From NCBI GenBank assembly GCA_902529805.1, contig CABZXU010000001.1, forward strand, positions 41,841 to 105,840: 64,000 bases of DNA, read 5' to 3'. The position numbers and the translations under genes were made by a program. This document shows, piece after piece, positions 54,437-64,000 of this stretch; position 1 is the first letter of the stretch; each line of letters begins with the position of its first letter. The notes below the pieces were generated by a model. It was not told the origin of the DNA. It did not search any database and saw nothing but the letters and a program-made list of their open reading frames with translations. Source of the DNA: an uncultured Marinoscillum sp. GTDB lineage: Bacteria > Bacteroidota > Bacteroidia > Cytophagales > MED-G16.

Positions 54437-57400
54437 CTATTGAGATAAACTTAATCTTAATTTTACACCAAAAGAGGAAGAATACCTTGGAAAGGAATTT
54501 GCAACACTTGGTTTATTAATTGTATTTTCATAATACATGATTAAATTTAATTTATTGTTAACTGAATAATTAATATTTGGTCTTAGTTGGAAGTTGTAAT
54601 TACCATTGGTTAAAATATTTTCCCCTTCGATTTTTCTTTGGATTGTTTTTGTATCCCTAAAGACAAGATTCATCCTAAACTTAATATCATTATCTAAAAT
54701 AATAGTTTCCCCTCTATATTTAAATGGCAATTTCAATTTAGACTTTGTAAAAGAAAAATCGAATGATATATCAGAGTTTTTCAATTCTGAAATTTGGGAA
54801 TTGGACAAATTTAAATTCAAGTTTCTTTCAGTTCTATATTCAATCCTTGCATTTAAATTATTTTTCGTTCTTACGTTGATACCTAACAAAGGAGAAAACC
54901 TTTCAACTATATTTACTTGACTAATAACATAAAACGGTACTAAACCATTTTCAGACTGTTTTGATGCAAGAGGATAATTTGAAAAATTATTTGAAAAATC
55001 CATATTTTCATCATAATATAACGAACTAACAAAATTATTTATTGAATACATAGATTGATAAGAATGACTTATAGTGATTGATGAAAAAATATCTTTTAAA
55101 AAACTAACTTTTGATAACCCAGCAAAATCAACTCTCCAATTAGGAAGAGGAGATTTAATAAATGGATTCAAAGATATATCAAGTGGATCTGATTTAGAAT
55201 AAGCAGATAAAAATGCTGGAATTAATACATCTTGAGAATTTAAACCGTATTCACCTATTGAATTAATTCCATTAAGTCTACCCCTAATAATTTTTCTATT
55301 GTTAACAAAAGTATTGAATATAGAGGAATTATTTTGATCATCATCCTTGGCAAATGCTGTTTTAATTAAAATATAAGAAATTGAAAAGTCACCCGACCTT
55401 GAAGGTGTTAATGAAACAAATGATTTATTTAAATCATCAAATCTGAATATTTCTTGGAATTTTTCAGAGAAAGATCTTTTTGCATCTAATTGAATTCTTA
55501 AAAAATCAAAAGGTTGAATACTACCTCTTAATGTAATATCTTCTGATCTAACCTGTAAAAATGGACTAGTTAATGATGAGCTTTCAGTTAACCAATTATT
55601 TTCAGATGCGTCAAACCTAATATTTGAATTTTGAGATCCTAAAACAAAATCCCATCCTGGAGATTTAAATTTTGAATTAATGCCAAATAAATTTGGAGAA
55701 TTTGTAATACCAGCTAATGTAGTTCCTCCATTAATTGAGTAATTAATATTAAATGATCTTGCTGACATAATTAATTTCATAATTGTTTTGAGAAATTTAT
55801 TATCATATATCGTCTTTAATGAATCATCTAAAATAAGTTTTGATTTTTTATTAAATTTTTTCAAAAAAGGAATTTTATTGTAAAGTTTAATCATATCAAT
55901 TTTTCCATTAAATAAATAATCCCTATTATTATTAATAGTATTACCTAATGTATCAGATTGAGCAACAGATCCTCCTAGCCATAAATATTTTACATTCATC
56001 CTTCCTTGGGAAGATATCCAATCAGTAATTGGTAATTTTTCTAATGGTAGTTTATAACTTACAGTTATATTCTGCTGAAAATTTTTTGTTCTTCCTAGCT
56101 TTCTTAGATTATACCACAAAGAGTCTCTCTTTTCTTTAGTATCAATTTCACCTTCTGGCTCATCAATTACTGCATTTGTTACAGAATTATAATCTATATT
56201 CAAACTTTTAGAAAAATTCCAACGCAAATTAAATGATCTATTAAAAGAAAAATATTTTTCATAAATTGGATCAACATTCTCTACACTTAGCTCTGAATTT
56301 CTATATTGATCTTTTGTATAACTTCTGTTTAAGTCTGCAGAAAAAGAAAAATTTGATGGGATTGGATTAAAATTAAAATCTTTTATCAATTTTAAAAATT
56401 TAGAATCTAACCATTTAATCTTTTTAAATGGTTCAATATTTTTTTCTTTAGGAGAATAATTATAAGTTAAATTTCCTCTATGTTGTTTTGTTTCAGAAGA
56501 GGCAAGATTTATACTTTTATTTTTTGTTTCACTATAAGAGAAGCTTGTAGAAATATTTTCTATATCCCAAAAATCTACTCTAGAATCTTTCATTCTTTCC
56601 TTTCTAACATTATTCAAACTTATAGATTTACTTTCTCTAGTTTCTTCTACTAAGTTTTTATAAGCTTTTTTTTCATTTTCAGATTGAAAAGAAGACAGAG
56701 AAGCATCTAAAGGAATATCTTTATCTAAAGGATCATAATATGGCGTAATCTTACTCTTATCTGTAGAAATATATAATGGCAATTTAATACCTGATTTTGA
56801 TGGTAAAAATTTATCTAAATTAATATTTGCTGATGCATCATATTGAAAATTTTCTTCTCTTGTCCTTTCAAAAATTCTTTGTTGTATCGATCCAAAACCA
56901 ACTGATGTATATCTTACTGAACCACTTACATCAGCAAAATCAGCTAACTTCATATTTAAAGAAACATTTGATGCCCATCCTTTCTTTTTATCAAAATCAG
57001 TAGCTCTTAATTCGTTATACCAAACACATACTGATTTAGATGATCTATCTTTACTATAATTATTCCTTATTCCTAACATAATATTAAGTACCGAACTAAT
57101 ATTAGGTCTTCCAACTATTGAAATTTTATATTTTCCATTTTCAGATAATTTAGAATATGGAATCTTATTATCTACATTTAATCTATTCCTTTGGGATTTA
57201 ATAGCAAAAAGTTCACTTATCGATAGGTCTAGTTCATTATCTTCAGGCCACACTAATCTTGAAATATTTCCTTGATTTGAGATTAGATTTGGTTGTGTAA
57301 TCTTTAATGGAATCTCTATTTCATAAAAATTTTCTTTATAATCTGATCCTATTCTAACAATTGCACTAACTTCATCGTCATAAACTAAATCCCCATTAGA

Positions 57401-60400
57401 TGATTCCGCATGTAAAAACATTTTAATCCTACCATAGTTTACTAAATCGTAATTAACTTGTTTAAACACTGCCCTTGCATCACCATCATAAAGGTCATTT
57501 ACGCATAATTGTAAAGATTGTTCATTAGTCCTTCTTTGAACAATTGTAGTATTATCAATATCTCTTTTTATTCCAGGAGGAATTACATAGGGAGACTTTT
57601 CATCTGAACCAATACTATTTTCCTCAATATTCACAACAGAAACTTCAAAATTAGAGGAAGAAAACTCAGGTATTTCATTTAATCCTTTTTCGACTAAAGA
57701 AGATTCATATTTTTGCCATTGACTGCCCACAAACTGAAATTTTGAAAATCTTAAAACAACAGGTTCCTCCCAATTAGTTAGATAAGTTCTTATAAACCTT
57801 ATATTTTTAAAATCAGATATACTACCCTGAATTCTATCTGGATCTCTTATTGGAATTCTAAACTGATACCAGGTAGCCTCTCCAGACTGGTCAACAATTT
57901 TATCTACAATATGATTTGAGCCTATTTTTAAATTTTCGGGTTCTAATGATATTTTATATTCATAGTATTTCTCGATATTTGATAATGTGTTATCTCCATT
58001 AATATCTTCATTTTCAGGAAAAGGAGATCCTTGAGCAGCAAAATTTCCTTCAAATGCTAAGGGGGTATTCCCATCCATTCCGTTATAATTTTTATACCGT
58101 TCAATAATTTTTTTATCTTCAGAATCAAAGTTGTCTCCTAAATAATATTGAAAATTGTCTGCTGAAACATCTTCTTTAATTTTAATAGACGATTCGGATG
58201 TCAAAGAAACATTATTTAAAAATGATTCTCTAAAATAATCTATTTCATCATTATCATTTAAACCATCTAAGCCCACATCTTGTATCTCTCTAAGAGAATT
58301 ATCATTTTCAAAATATTTAGTCAAATATTGTTTTGATGTTACCCTCCCCCATTCATTCTCTATTGTATTACTTGAATTAGAATCTTTTGAAAGACCATTT
58401 TCAAAAGCATGAACTTCATCTTTCATTATATCTTCAGAAATATTTCCTAAGTTGAAAATTAGGTCACCTCCTGTTTCATTATTTTTGTTAAAAATACCAT
58501 CAATCACTTTTCCTTTTTCACCTTTAATAAACGGATCCATCATCCAAAACTCTAAATATTGAATATTAGTTTTATCAAAATCAACATCATTGGAAATATT
58601 TCTAGTTATAGAACCAAAATTTGATTTTGGATCTTTCAATAATCCAGATGGATATAAATCAGGATTATAATTATATTGACCTCTTTCTGCTGGAAAATAT
58701 GCAATATCAAATGTAGATAAATTGGTATTAATTAACTTTTTATCTTGTTGTCTAAAAATATCTTGTGGGGAAATTGCCTTTACATAATTATTTTCTAAAT
58801 CTTCTTTAGTAAGATTTCTAGGAGCAGAAGAAGAAAATCCACCTTTAATATAAAATATATTATCAATAACATACCAAGCTATTTTGGCTCTTTTATATGA
58901 GTAACCTAAATTATTAGTTGTTTGATTACTTAAATCAAATCTATTATCATCGGTTATTGGAGTTGTTCCTAATTTCCAAATTTGAGATGAACTTCCTAAA
59001 CTTAAAGGAACTATTGCATTTTCGAAATCATCTATATACGTTGTTCCTTCCCCGTTAACTTTATTAGAAGTACCCGGAATCAGTTGTGCAAATTCCGCAT
59101 TTAAATTAATATTTGATATTTCTTTAGTTCCAAGTAAAGGGACAAAATCTATAATTTTAGTTAGCAACTTACTTTCTTGAAAAACACTAAGGTCAAAACC
59201 ATATTTAGTGTTTTTTATAGGTTCACTTCCAACACTATATCTACTTATTCCTCCTGGACGTTCATTTAAATGTAATAATGTAAAGCCTAAACTAGCATTA
59301 TCAGAAAACTTATATTCCATTCTCGTACCTGATAACCACTTAGTTTGAAAATTAAATAAATCAGCTTTTTCATAAGATACACTTATATCTTTTCCTGAGG
59401 TTAAAATTCCAGTATTAATTATTTTTATTTTCCCTAAATTATAATCTACAGTATAATCTTTACCTTCTACAAGTTGAATATTTCCAGACATTACTACAAC
59501 TGAATTTTCTGCAATATCTAGACCTGGTAAACTAATTTCACTAGAAGAACCAGAACTATATTTACCTATTATATAAAATTTATTTTTTGACAATACTTTC
59601 TTTGCATCAGATTGAGTAAGGTTATATAACTCATCAAATACATATTTAGATTTAAGATTTTCTTCGTTATTTTTCTCAAAATAATAACTTAAGTTCTTAC
59701 CAAAAGGTTGAAGAACAGGAAAAATTATAGTACCAGTATTTGAGTCAATTGTATATCCTTCTACATAATCAAAATTACCATCCTTTTGAGGATCATTACT
59801 ACTATTCAACCTATCAAGACCTAGTAACTCCACTAGAGGTTTATCTTTTGTTAAAATTCCTTCGTTTAAGCTTGGATTATCAAATCCATTTGCATCATCC
59901 CTATAATTAATTCTTAATTCAAATCCTTCACTATTAACTTGATTAGAATTAAGATTATAAATGTTTTTCATCATTAATTTCCAAGTTGGAATAGAAGTAT
60001 TAATACTTGAAGGTCTCAATAGTTTAAGAATAATAGTTTCATCGTCTACTCGATTTTGATAATTTTCAGATAATTCTCCAACTTGATATCTCTTACCATT
60101 ATAGGTATATTCATATGATACAGCTAAAACCTCATCATTTTGTAATTTTCTTAATAAAGAAATATATCCTAATGCACCATTAATTTTATATTCAGAATCA
60201 CTTAATTTTCTTGCTGAGGTAACTTTTTCAAAATCAATACTATTAACCAAACTAAAATCATTTTTCATTATTTCATTAACTGATTCGATATTTCTTAAAT
60301 TTGAATTATCAATTAAAGAAGTAAATAATTCATTAGCACTGTTATCATTAGGACCACCAATACCACTACCTATATTTAAGTTATCAGGTTTATGAATTTT

Positions 60401-61552
60401 AGATCCTTCACCTAAATCCATTAATGCTAAAAAATTTCTTAAAGTCTCCGTATTATTATTTCTATTAAGAATGTATACTTCAACTCTCGTTATATTTATA
60501 CCAGAAATAACTTGTGGCAAAGAACTTAACCAATTCTCATAGTTATCTCTAAAAAAATGTCCTAAGAAAAAATGTCTGTTTTCATCATAATTAGAAGATA
60601 AAATTTCAAAATTTCTTCCCTCAGATCCATTTTCAATTTTTACTGATTCGCTTTTTCCTTGTTGTCTTGATAAAATACCTGTAATAAATAATTTTCCAAA
60701 TTGGAGTTCTGTTTTTATACCAAATAAACTTTGAGCACCCCTTAAAAGACTATTATTTATTGGCATACTTACATTTCCAATTTCAATTTTTTTAATAATT
60801 TCTTCTTCATATCCAGTATAATCAAGTTTTAAGTTATTTTGAAAATCAAAAGTATTATTGTTATCGAAATTTGCACTTATTTTTAATTTTTCTCCAATTT
60901 GACCTAGAATATTCAAGTTAAGTTGTTGATCATAATTAAAACCACCATTTCTTTGTTGTCTTATAGGTATAGACGGATTCTCTATTCTTTGTAATTTTCC
61001 TCCAAAATCAAGGTTTACAAATCCATTTACTGATAAATCGATATAATTGCCCCCAAAGATTCTATCAAAAACTTGAGGAATAAATAATTTAGGAATCAAT
61101 CTTCTTCCTTCTAAACTGTTTTCCCCGTCAAGTTCAGTAGATTTTTTCCCCCAATTCTCTTTAACTAGATTTTTGGTTTGATAATTATTATATTTTTCAA
61201 ATGGTATACCAATAATAGGTCTATATGATATATTTCCTATAGATTCTGTAAATGTATATATCATAGATGTATCAATTTTTAAATTATTAACTATGCTAGT
61301 TGAAGAAAGAGAAAAAAGATTGCTGGAATAAAAATCTTTAAAAGAATTACTATAACTATCCTTCAATTTAAATGTCGAAAATAGAGAAGGAATATATTCT
61401 TTACTCTTTATTGAATCATAAATGGTTGTATCTTGAGCAAAATCAAAATAATGAATATCTTCTTTACCTATTATCTCAAAATAATAAAAGGAAAAGAAAA
61501 ACATTAAGAATATTACTTTAAAAAATTTATTCAAAACAATCCTATTTATCAT
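54437..61552 (-). CDS. sprA: T9SS translocon SprA (Sov)
   Basis: 2371 aa; IFGG..I, GQIGEKL, FDFQNNLKLDY.G.EE.IIKKIE.GNVS, LFGIKTELQFG, EFWMMDPF, WYQFRIP, VWYNELR; ruvA-sprA-gcvH synteny. Confidence 0.95.
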   Translation of the reverse strand: MINRIVLNKFFKVIFLMFFFSFYYFEIIGKEDIHYFDFAQDTTIYDSIKSKEYIPSLFSTFKLKDSYSNSFKDFYSSNLFSLSSTSIVNNLKIDTSMIYTFTESIGNISYRPIIGIPFEKYNNYQTKNLVKENWGKKSTELDGENSLEGRRLIPKLFIPQVFDRIFGGNYIDLSVNGFVNLDFGGKLQRIENPSIPIRQQRNGGFNYDQQLNLNILGQIGEKLKISANFDNNNTFDFQNNLKLDYTGYEEEIIKKIEIGNVSMPINNSLLRGAQSLFGIKTELQFGKLFITGILSRQQGKSESVKIENGSEGRNFEILSSNYDENRHFFLGHFFRDNYENWLSSLPQVISGINITRVEVYILNRNNNTETLRNFLALMDLGEGSKIHKPDNLNIGSGIGGPNDNSANELFTSLIDNSNLRNIESVNEIMKNDFSLVNSIDFEKVTSARKLSDSEYKINGALGYISLLRKLQNDEVLAVSYEYTYNGKRYQVGELSENYQNRVDDETIILKLLRPSSINTSIPTWKLMMKNIYNLNSNQVNSEGFELRINYRDDANGFDNPSLNEGILTKDKPLVELLGLDRLNSSNDPQKDGNFDYVEGYTIDSNTGTIIFPVLQPFGKNLSYYFEKNNEENLKSKYVFDELYNLTQSDAKKVLSKNKFYIIGKYSSGSSSEISLPGLDIAENSVVVMSGNIQLVEGKDYTVDYNLGKIKIINTGILTSGKDISVSYEKADLFNFQTKWLSGTRMEYKFSDNASLGFTLLHLNERPGGISRYSVGSEPIKNTKYGFDLSVFQESKLLTKIIDFVPLLGTKEISNINLNAEFAQLIPGTSNKVNGEGTTYIDDFENAIVPLSLGSSSQIWKLGTTPITDDNRFDLSNQTTNNLGYSYKRAKIAWYVIDNIFYIKGGFSSSAPRNLTKEDLENNYVKAISPQDIFRQQDKKLINTNLSTFDIAYFPAERGQYNYNPDLYPSGLLKDPKSNFGSITRNISNDVDFDKTNIQYLEFWMMDPFIKGEKGKVIDGIFNKNNETGGDLIFNLGNISEDIMKDEVHAFENGLSKDSNSSNTIENEWGRVTSKQYLTKYFENDNSLREIQDVGLDGLNDNDEIDYFRESFLNNVSLTSESSIKIKEDVSADNFQYYLGDNFDSEDKKIIERYKNYNGMDGNTPLAFEGNFAAQGSPFPENEDINGDNTLSNIEKYYEYKISLEPENLKIGSNHIVDKIVDQSGEATWYQFRIPIRDPDRIQGSISDFKNIRFIRTYLTNWEEPVVLRFSKFQFVGSQWQKYESSLVEKGLNEIPEFSSSNFEVSVVNIEENSIGSDEKSPYVIPPGIKRDIDNTTIVQRRTNEQSLQLCVNDLYDGDARAVFKQVNYDLVNYGRIKMFLHAESSNGDLVYDDEVSAIVRIGSDYKENFYEIEIPLKITQPNLISNQGNISRLVWPEDNELDLSISELFAIKSQRNRLNVDNKIPYSKLSENGKYKISIVGRPNISSVLNIMLGIRNNYSKDRSSKSVCVWYNELRATDFDKKKGWASNVSLNMKLADFADVSGSVRYTSVGFGSIQQRIFERTREENFQYDASANINLDKFLPSKSGIKLPLYISTDKSKITPYYDPLDKDIPLDASLSSFQSENEKKAYKNLVEETRESKSISLNNVRKERMKDSRVDFWDIENISTSFSYSETKNKSINLASSETKQHRGNLTYNYSPKEKNIEPFKKIKWLDSKFLKLIKDFNFNPIPSNFSFSADLNRSYTKDQYRNSELSVENVDPIYEKYFSFNRSFNLRWNFSKSLNIDYNSVTNAVIDEPEGEIDTKEKRDSLWYNLRKLGRTKNFQQNITVSYKLPLEKLPITDWISSQGRMNVKYLWLGGSVAQSDTLGNTINNNRDYLFNGKIDMIKLYNKIPFLKKFNKKSKLILDDSLKTIYDNKFLKTIMKLIMSARSFNINYSINGGTTLAGITNSPNLFGINSKFKSPGWDFVLGSQNSNIRFDASENNWLTESSSLTSPFLQVRSEDITLRGSIQPFDFLRIQLDAKRSFSEKFQEIFRFDDLNKSFVSLTPSRSGDFSISYILIKTAFAKDDDQNNSSIFNTFVNNRKIIRGRLNGINSIGEYGLNSQDVLIPAFLSAYSKSDPLDISLNPFIKSPLPNWRVDFAGLSKVSFLKDIFSSITISHSYQSMYSINNFVSSLYYDENMDFSNNFSNYPLASKQSENGLVPFYVISQVNIVERFSPLLGINVRTKNNLNARIEYRTERNLNLNLSNSQISELKNSDISFDFSFTKSKLKLPFKYRGETIILDNDIKFRMNLVFRDTKTIQRKIEGENILTNGNYNFQLRPNINYSVNNKLNLIMYYENTINKPSVANSFPRYSSSFGVKLRLSLSQ

Positions 61553-62143
61553 TTAGGATTTCTTCAAAACTTCTTTTATTAAACTTTCAAGTGATACATT
61601 TTCATTTTCCTTTAAAATCTGATCCACTTTTATACGAGAAATGTTTCTAGAAATTCCTAAAGATGATAAAGCATTTAACGCATCATCTCTTAAAGTATTG
61701 CTTTTTTTAGATGAAAAATTATCATCACTTTTCACAAAATCTTTATTTTTCAATTTATCTTTTAATTCTAATATTATTCTTTCTGCTGTTTTCAATCCAA
61801 TTCCTTTAACGGATTTAATAGTTTCAAGATCTCCATTTAATATTGCTTCTTGTAATTCTGAAGCAGAAAGGGAAGATAAAATCATCATAGCGGTACTTGG
61901 ACCAACACCACTAATAGATATTAAATCTAAAAAAATTATTTTTTCAGATATAGAATAAAACCCATACAATGTGTGCCCATCTTCTTTAACATGTAAATGA
62001 GTATTGATTTCTATTTTTTTTAAATCTTTAATTTCACTATAAGTCCTTAAAGAAATTTTTACTTCATAACCAACACCCGAAACATCAAGTACTATGTAAG
62101 TAGGATCTACCTTTATTATTTCACCTTTTAATAATGCAATCAT
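61553..62143 (-). CDS. ruvA: Holliday junction branch migration protein RuvA
   Basis: GVGYEV, HVKED..TLYGF, SISGVGP, VKGIGLKTAERIILELKDK. Confidence 0.97.
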   Translation of the reverse strand: MIALLKGEIIKVDPTYIVLDVSGVGYEVKISLRTYSEIKDLKKIEINTHLHVKEDGHTLYGFYSISEKIIFLDLISISGVGPSTAMMILSSLSASELQEAILNGDLETIKSVKGIGLKTAERIILELKDKLKNKDFVKSDDNFSSKKSNTLRDDALNALSSLGISRNISRIKVDQILKENENVSLESLIKEVLKKS

Positions 62144-62151
62144 ATATCAAC

Positions 62152-63210
62152 TTAAATTTTGAATGACCAAAGTATCGAATAAATTTCTCTCATTAAATCT
62201 CTTTTTTTGGAGCCTGGAGCATAAACATAACCTTCCAAATAATATAATCTATTTGAATCTTTGTCTACAAAGGTATAACTTAAGAAAGGGCCACCACCAG
62301 AAATATCACTTAATTTCCATAATCCTCTTGTTTCTATTGAAAATCTTTTCTTGAAATTAACTTCTTTTTTCAAAAAAGGAAGCTCTTTTTGATATGTCAT
62401 ATATATTGAAGGGTTTTCAATATCTCTTAGATATTTTAAACTAATTTTCTTTCTAAAGTCTTCAATATTTTTTTTGTAAAAAATTTCATCTGAAATATAA
62501 TTTTCGAAATATATAAATATGTTTTTTTCTAATTCGGGATCAATTTCTCTTAACCAAACAAATTGCGAATCTAATTTGCCAATACTAAATCCAGAAGGAA
62601 CAGTAATATTATATCCAAACCTTTTAATTAAATCTTTTGAAATATTTTTGTTAGTATTTGATAATTTTTTTTTATTTACGTTCTTTATTATTCTATTTTC
62701 AAAATAGTTTCTTAGTTTATTTTTGTTTTTTTTGATATGCCCCAATAATGTTGAGTCATCTTTGCTAAAAAGATATAATATTTCTTGGCCTTTTGCATAC
62801 TGATCTTTTTTAATCATCATAAATAGGGATGTATCCTTCTCAATTTTTTCTATTGAACTTTGATTAAATTCTTTTCTAAGTAGTCTTGAGGAAGGGCTAT
62901 TTCCTTCAAGAGTAAAAGTAATTATAATGTTTTTGGCAAATTTTAATATATTATTAAAATTATTAGGCCTTATATATTTTAAATCAAAGTAAGGCTCAGG
63001 TTGTGGAAGTCCATAAATATTTTCACCAAAAACGTTAATCAATGATCTTCCAAGATTATTTTTAAACTTAGAAGAGTCCATCACAATAAGCATTTCACTT
63101 TCTGTACCTGTTGCATTAGGAATAAAATTATTTGATGTTTGATTATCAGAACTACAGTTAGATAATAGGTAAAATAAAATCAGTGTTGAAAAAATTATTT
63201 TCTGTTTCAT
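62152..63210 (-). CDS. DUF4837 family lipoprotein
   Basis: Lipobox LSNC; GLPQPEPYF, AKGQ, ETRGLW, GGPFLSY, YAPG..KR. Confidence 0.85.
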   Translation of the reverse strand: MKQKIIFSTLILFYLLSNCSSDNQTSNNFIPNATGTESEMLIVMDSSKFKNNLGRSLINVFGENIYGLPQPEPYFDLKYIRPNNFNNILKFAKNIIITFTLEGNSPSSRLLRKEFNQSSIEKIEKDTSLFMMIKKDQYAKGQEILYLFSKDDSTLLGHIKKNKNKLRNYFENRIIKNVNKKKLSNTNKNISKDLIKRFGYNITVPSGFSIGKLDSQFVWLREIDPELEKNIFIYFENYISDEIFYKKNIEDFRKKISLKYLRDIENPSIYMTYQKELPFLKKEVNFKKRFSIETRGLWKLSDISGGGPFLSYTFVDKDSNRLYYLEGYVYAPGSKKRDLMREIYSILWSFKI

Positions 63211-63227
63211 AGATTAATTTGAATAAA

Positions 63228-63235
63228 CAAAAATA
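63228..63235 (-). promoter_or_regulatory. -7 promoter element (TATTTTTG) for the DUF4837-ruvA-sprA run
   Basis: Exact TAnnTTTG 17 nt upstream of the ATG at 63210. Confidence 0.5.
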
Positions 63236-63330
63236 ACGATTAATATAAGAAGAATACATTTTTATTTTTCGTCTTTTCTTCTTAATGGAAATCTTTTTAT
63301 ATAAATTTAAGTAGTTATAAAATTAAAATT

Positions 63331-63747
63331 ATGAGTTCAGATAATTTAGTAAATAAAGGAGTAAGTATGTGCTTTGTAAAGATGGCTAAAGTAGATGGGG
63401 ATTTTGTAGATGAGGAAAAATATAATATTACAAAAAGTCAAGTTTACAATAAGTATAAATACAGTAATTTAAAAGATTTAAATACCGAAGGTTTTTTTCA
63501 AAAATTTCATTCAACTTATGGGCCTGAAATTTCTAAAACTTTAGAAGAAGAAGAAAAAGAAAGTTTGATTAGAGATCTAATTAAAGTTATCAAAGCTGAT
63601 GGAAAAATTCATAAACATGAATCTTTCTTACTTGGTCATATAGGAAATTGTATTGGATTAAGTCCTGACAAAATTGTAACTGTTATAAAATCTGAAACCG
63701 AAGGTGATGAAAAATCTGCTGGTTGGCTTTCTTGGTTATTTGGTTAA
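63331..63747 (+). CDS. TerB family (tellurite-resistance-like) protein
   Basis: Duplicated motif MAKVDGDFVDEE / VIKADGKIHKHE followed by L..IG..IGL. Confidence 0.78.
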   Translation: MSSDNLVNKGVSMCFVKMAKVDGDFVDEEKYNITKSQVYNKYKYSNLKDLNTEGFFQKFHSTYGPEISKTLEEEEKESLIRDLIKVIKADGKIHKHESFLLGHIGNCIGLSPDKIVTVIKSETEGDEKSAGWLSWLFG

Positions 63748-63775
63748 TTATTTCTAATATATAAAATTATAATCT

Positions 63776-64000
63776 ATGAAATATTCAATGTTTATTGGAA
63801 GATGGCAACCTTTGCATAAAGGGCATCAATGGCTGATAAATCAAAGACTATCAAAAGGTAAAAATGTTTTGGTATGCATTAGAGATGTTGAAGCAGATGA
63901 TAAAAATCCCTTTTCACCTCAAGAAGTTTTAGAAAATGTTTCGAAACACTATTCAAAAGAAATCAATGAAAAAAGAATTAAAGTAATTATAATTCCTGAC
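63776..64000 (+). CDS. Cytidyltransferase-like (HxGH; NadM/NadR-like) protein, 5' part; runs off the window edge
   Basis: Manual translation: MKYSMFIGRWQPLHKGHQWLINQRLSKGKNVLVCIRDVEADDKNPFSPQEV...IIIPD. Confidence 0.8.
   Translation, partial: MKYSMFIGRWQPLHKGHQWLINQRLSKGKNVLVCIRDVEADDKNPFSPQEVLENVSKHYSKEINEKRIKVIIIPD

Noticed and set aside
499..62707. Many 60-140 aa ORFs antisense to, or in alternative frames of, long genes (for example 499-813, 9158-9403, 13423-13770, 22242-22664, 53254-53514, 54606-54920, 61641-61958)
   Set aside because: They lie almost wholly within well-supported genes, are Ser/Phe/Leu/Ile-rich as expected for shadow frames, and show no recognisable motifs.
1847..63309. 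Repeated TAnnTTTA variant of the -7 box upstream of several genes (1847, 22656, 63302)
   Set aside because: Expected frequently by chance at this AT content; it would need TSS data or enrichment statistics.
1..64000. Alternative genetic code suggested by very low G+C
   Set aside because: Long genes are uninterrupted under code 11, Trp is encoded by TGG, and TGA, TAG and TAA all act as stops at expected gene ends.

Overview
Very AT-rich (roughly one quarter G+C by eye), tightly packed chromosomal segment of a streamlined, probably marine Bacteroidota (Cytophagia/Flavobacteriia-like) genome using genetic code 11. Taxonomic markers are T9SS/gliding genes (porU, porV, sprA, gldH), the ruvA-sprA-gcvH-vanZ-tonB synteny and TAnnTTTG promoter boxes. 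The right part (38-63 kb) is mostly housekeeping and envelope genes. The left part carries four accessory modules. (i) A candidate metal-responsive uptake locus: a His/CxxC leader ORF ending in the ribosome-arrest-type motif RGPP, an attenuator-like hairpin, a surface lipoprotein, a terminator and a TonB-dependent transporter. (ii) A light/photo-oxidative stress operon with an Fe-S-less (6-4) photolyase-like gene and a CRY-DASH remnant that appears to have an in-frame internal deletion. (iii) A nucleoside/ADP-ribose/ribose scavenging gene set. (iv) A DTE-type proteorhodopsin with a Gly fenestration and unusual loops, followed by blh. One tRNA-Ala(GGC) is present. No rRNA, CRISPR array, integrase or transposase was seen. 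All family assignments come from motif recognition by eye; no database search was run.
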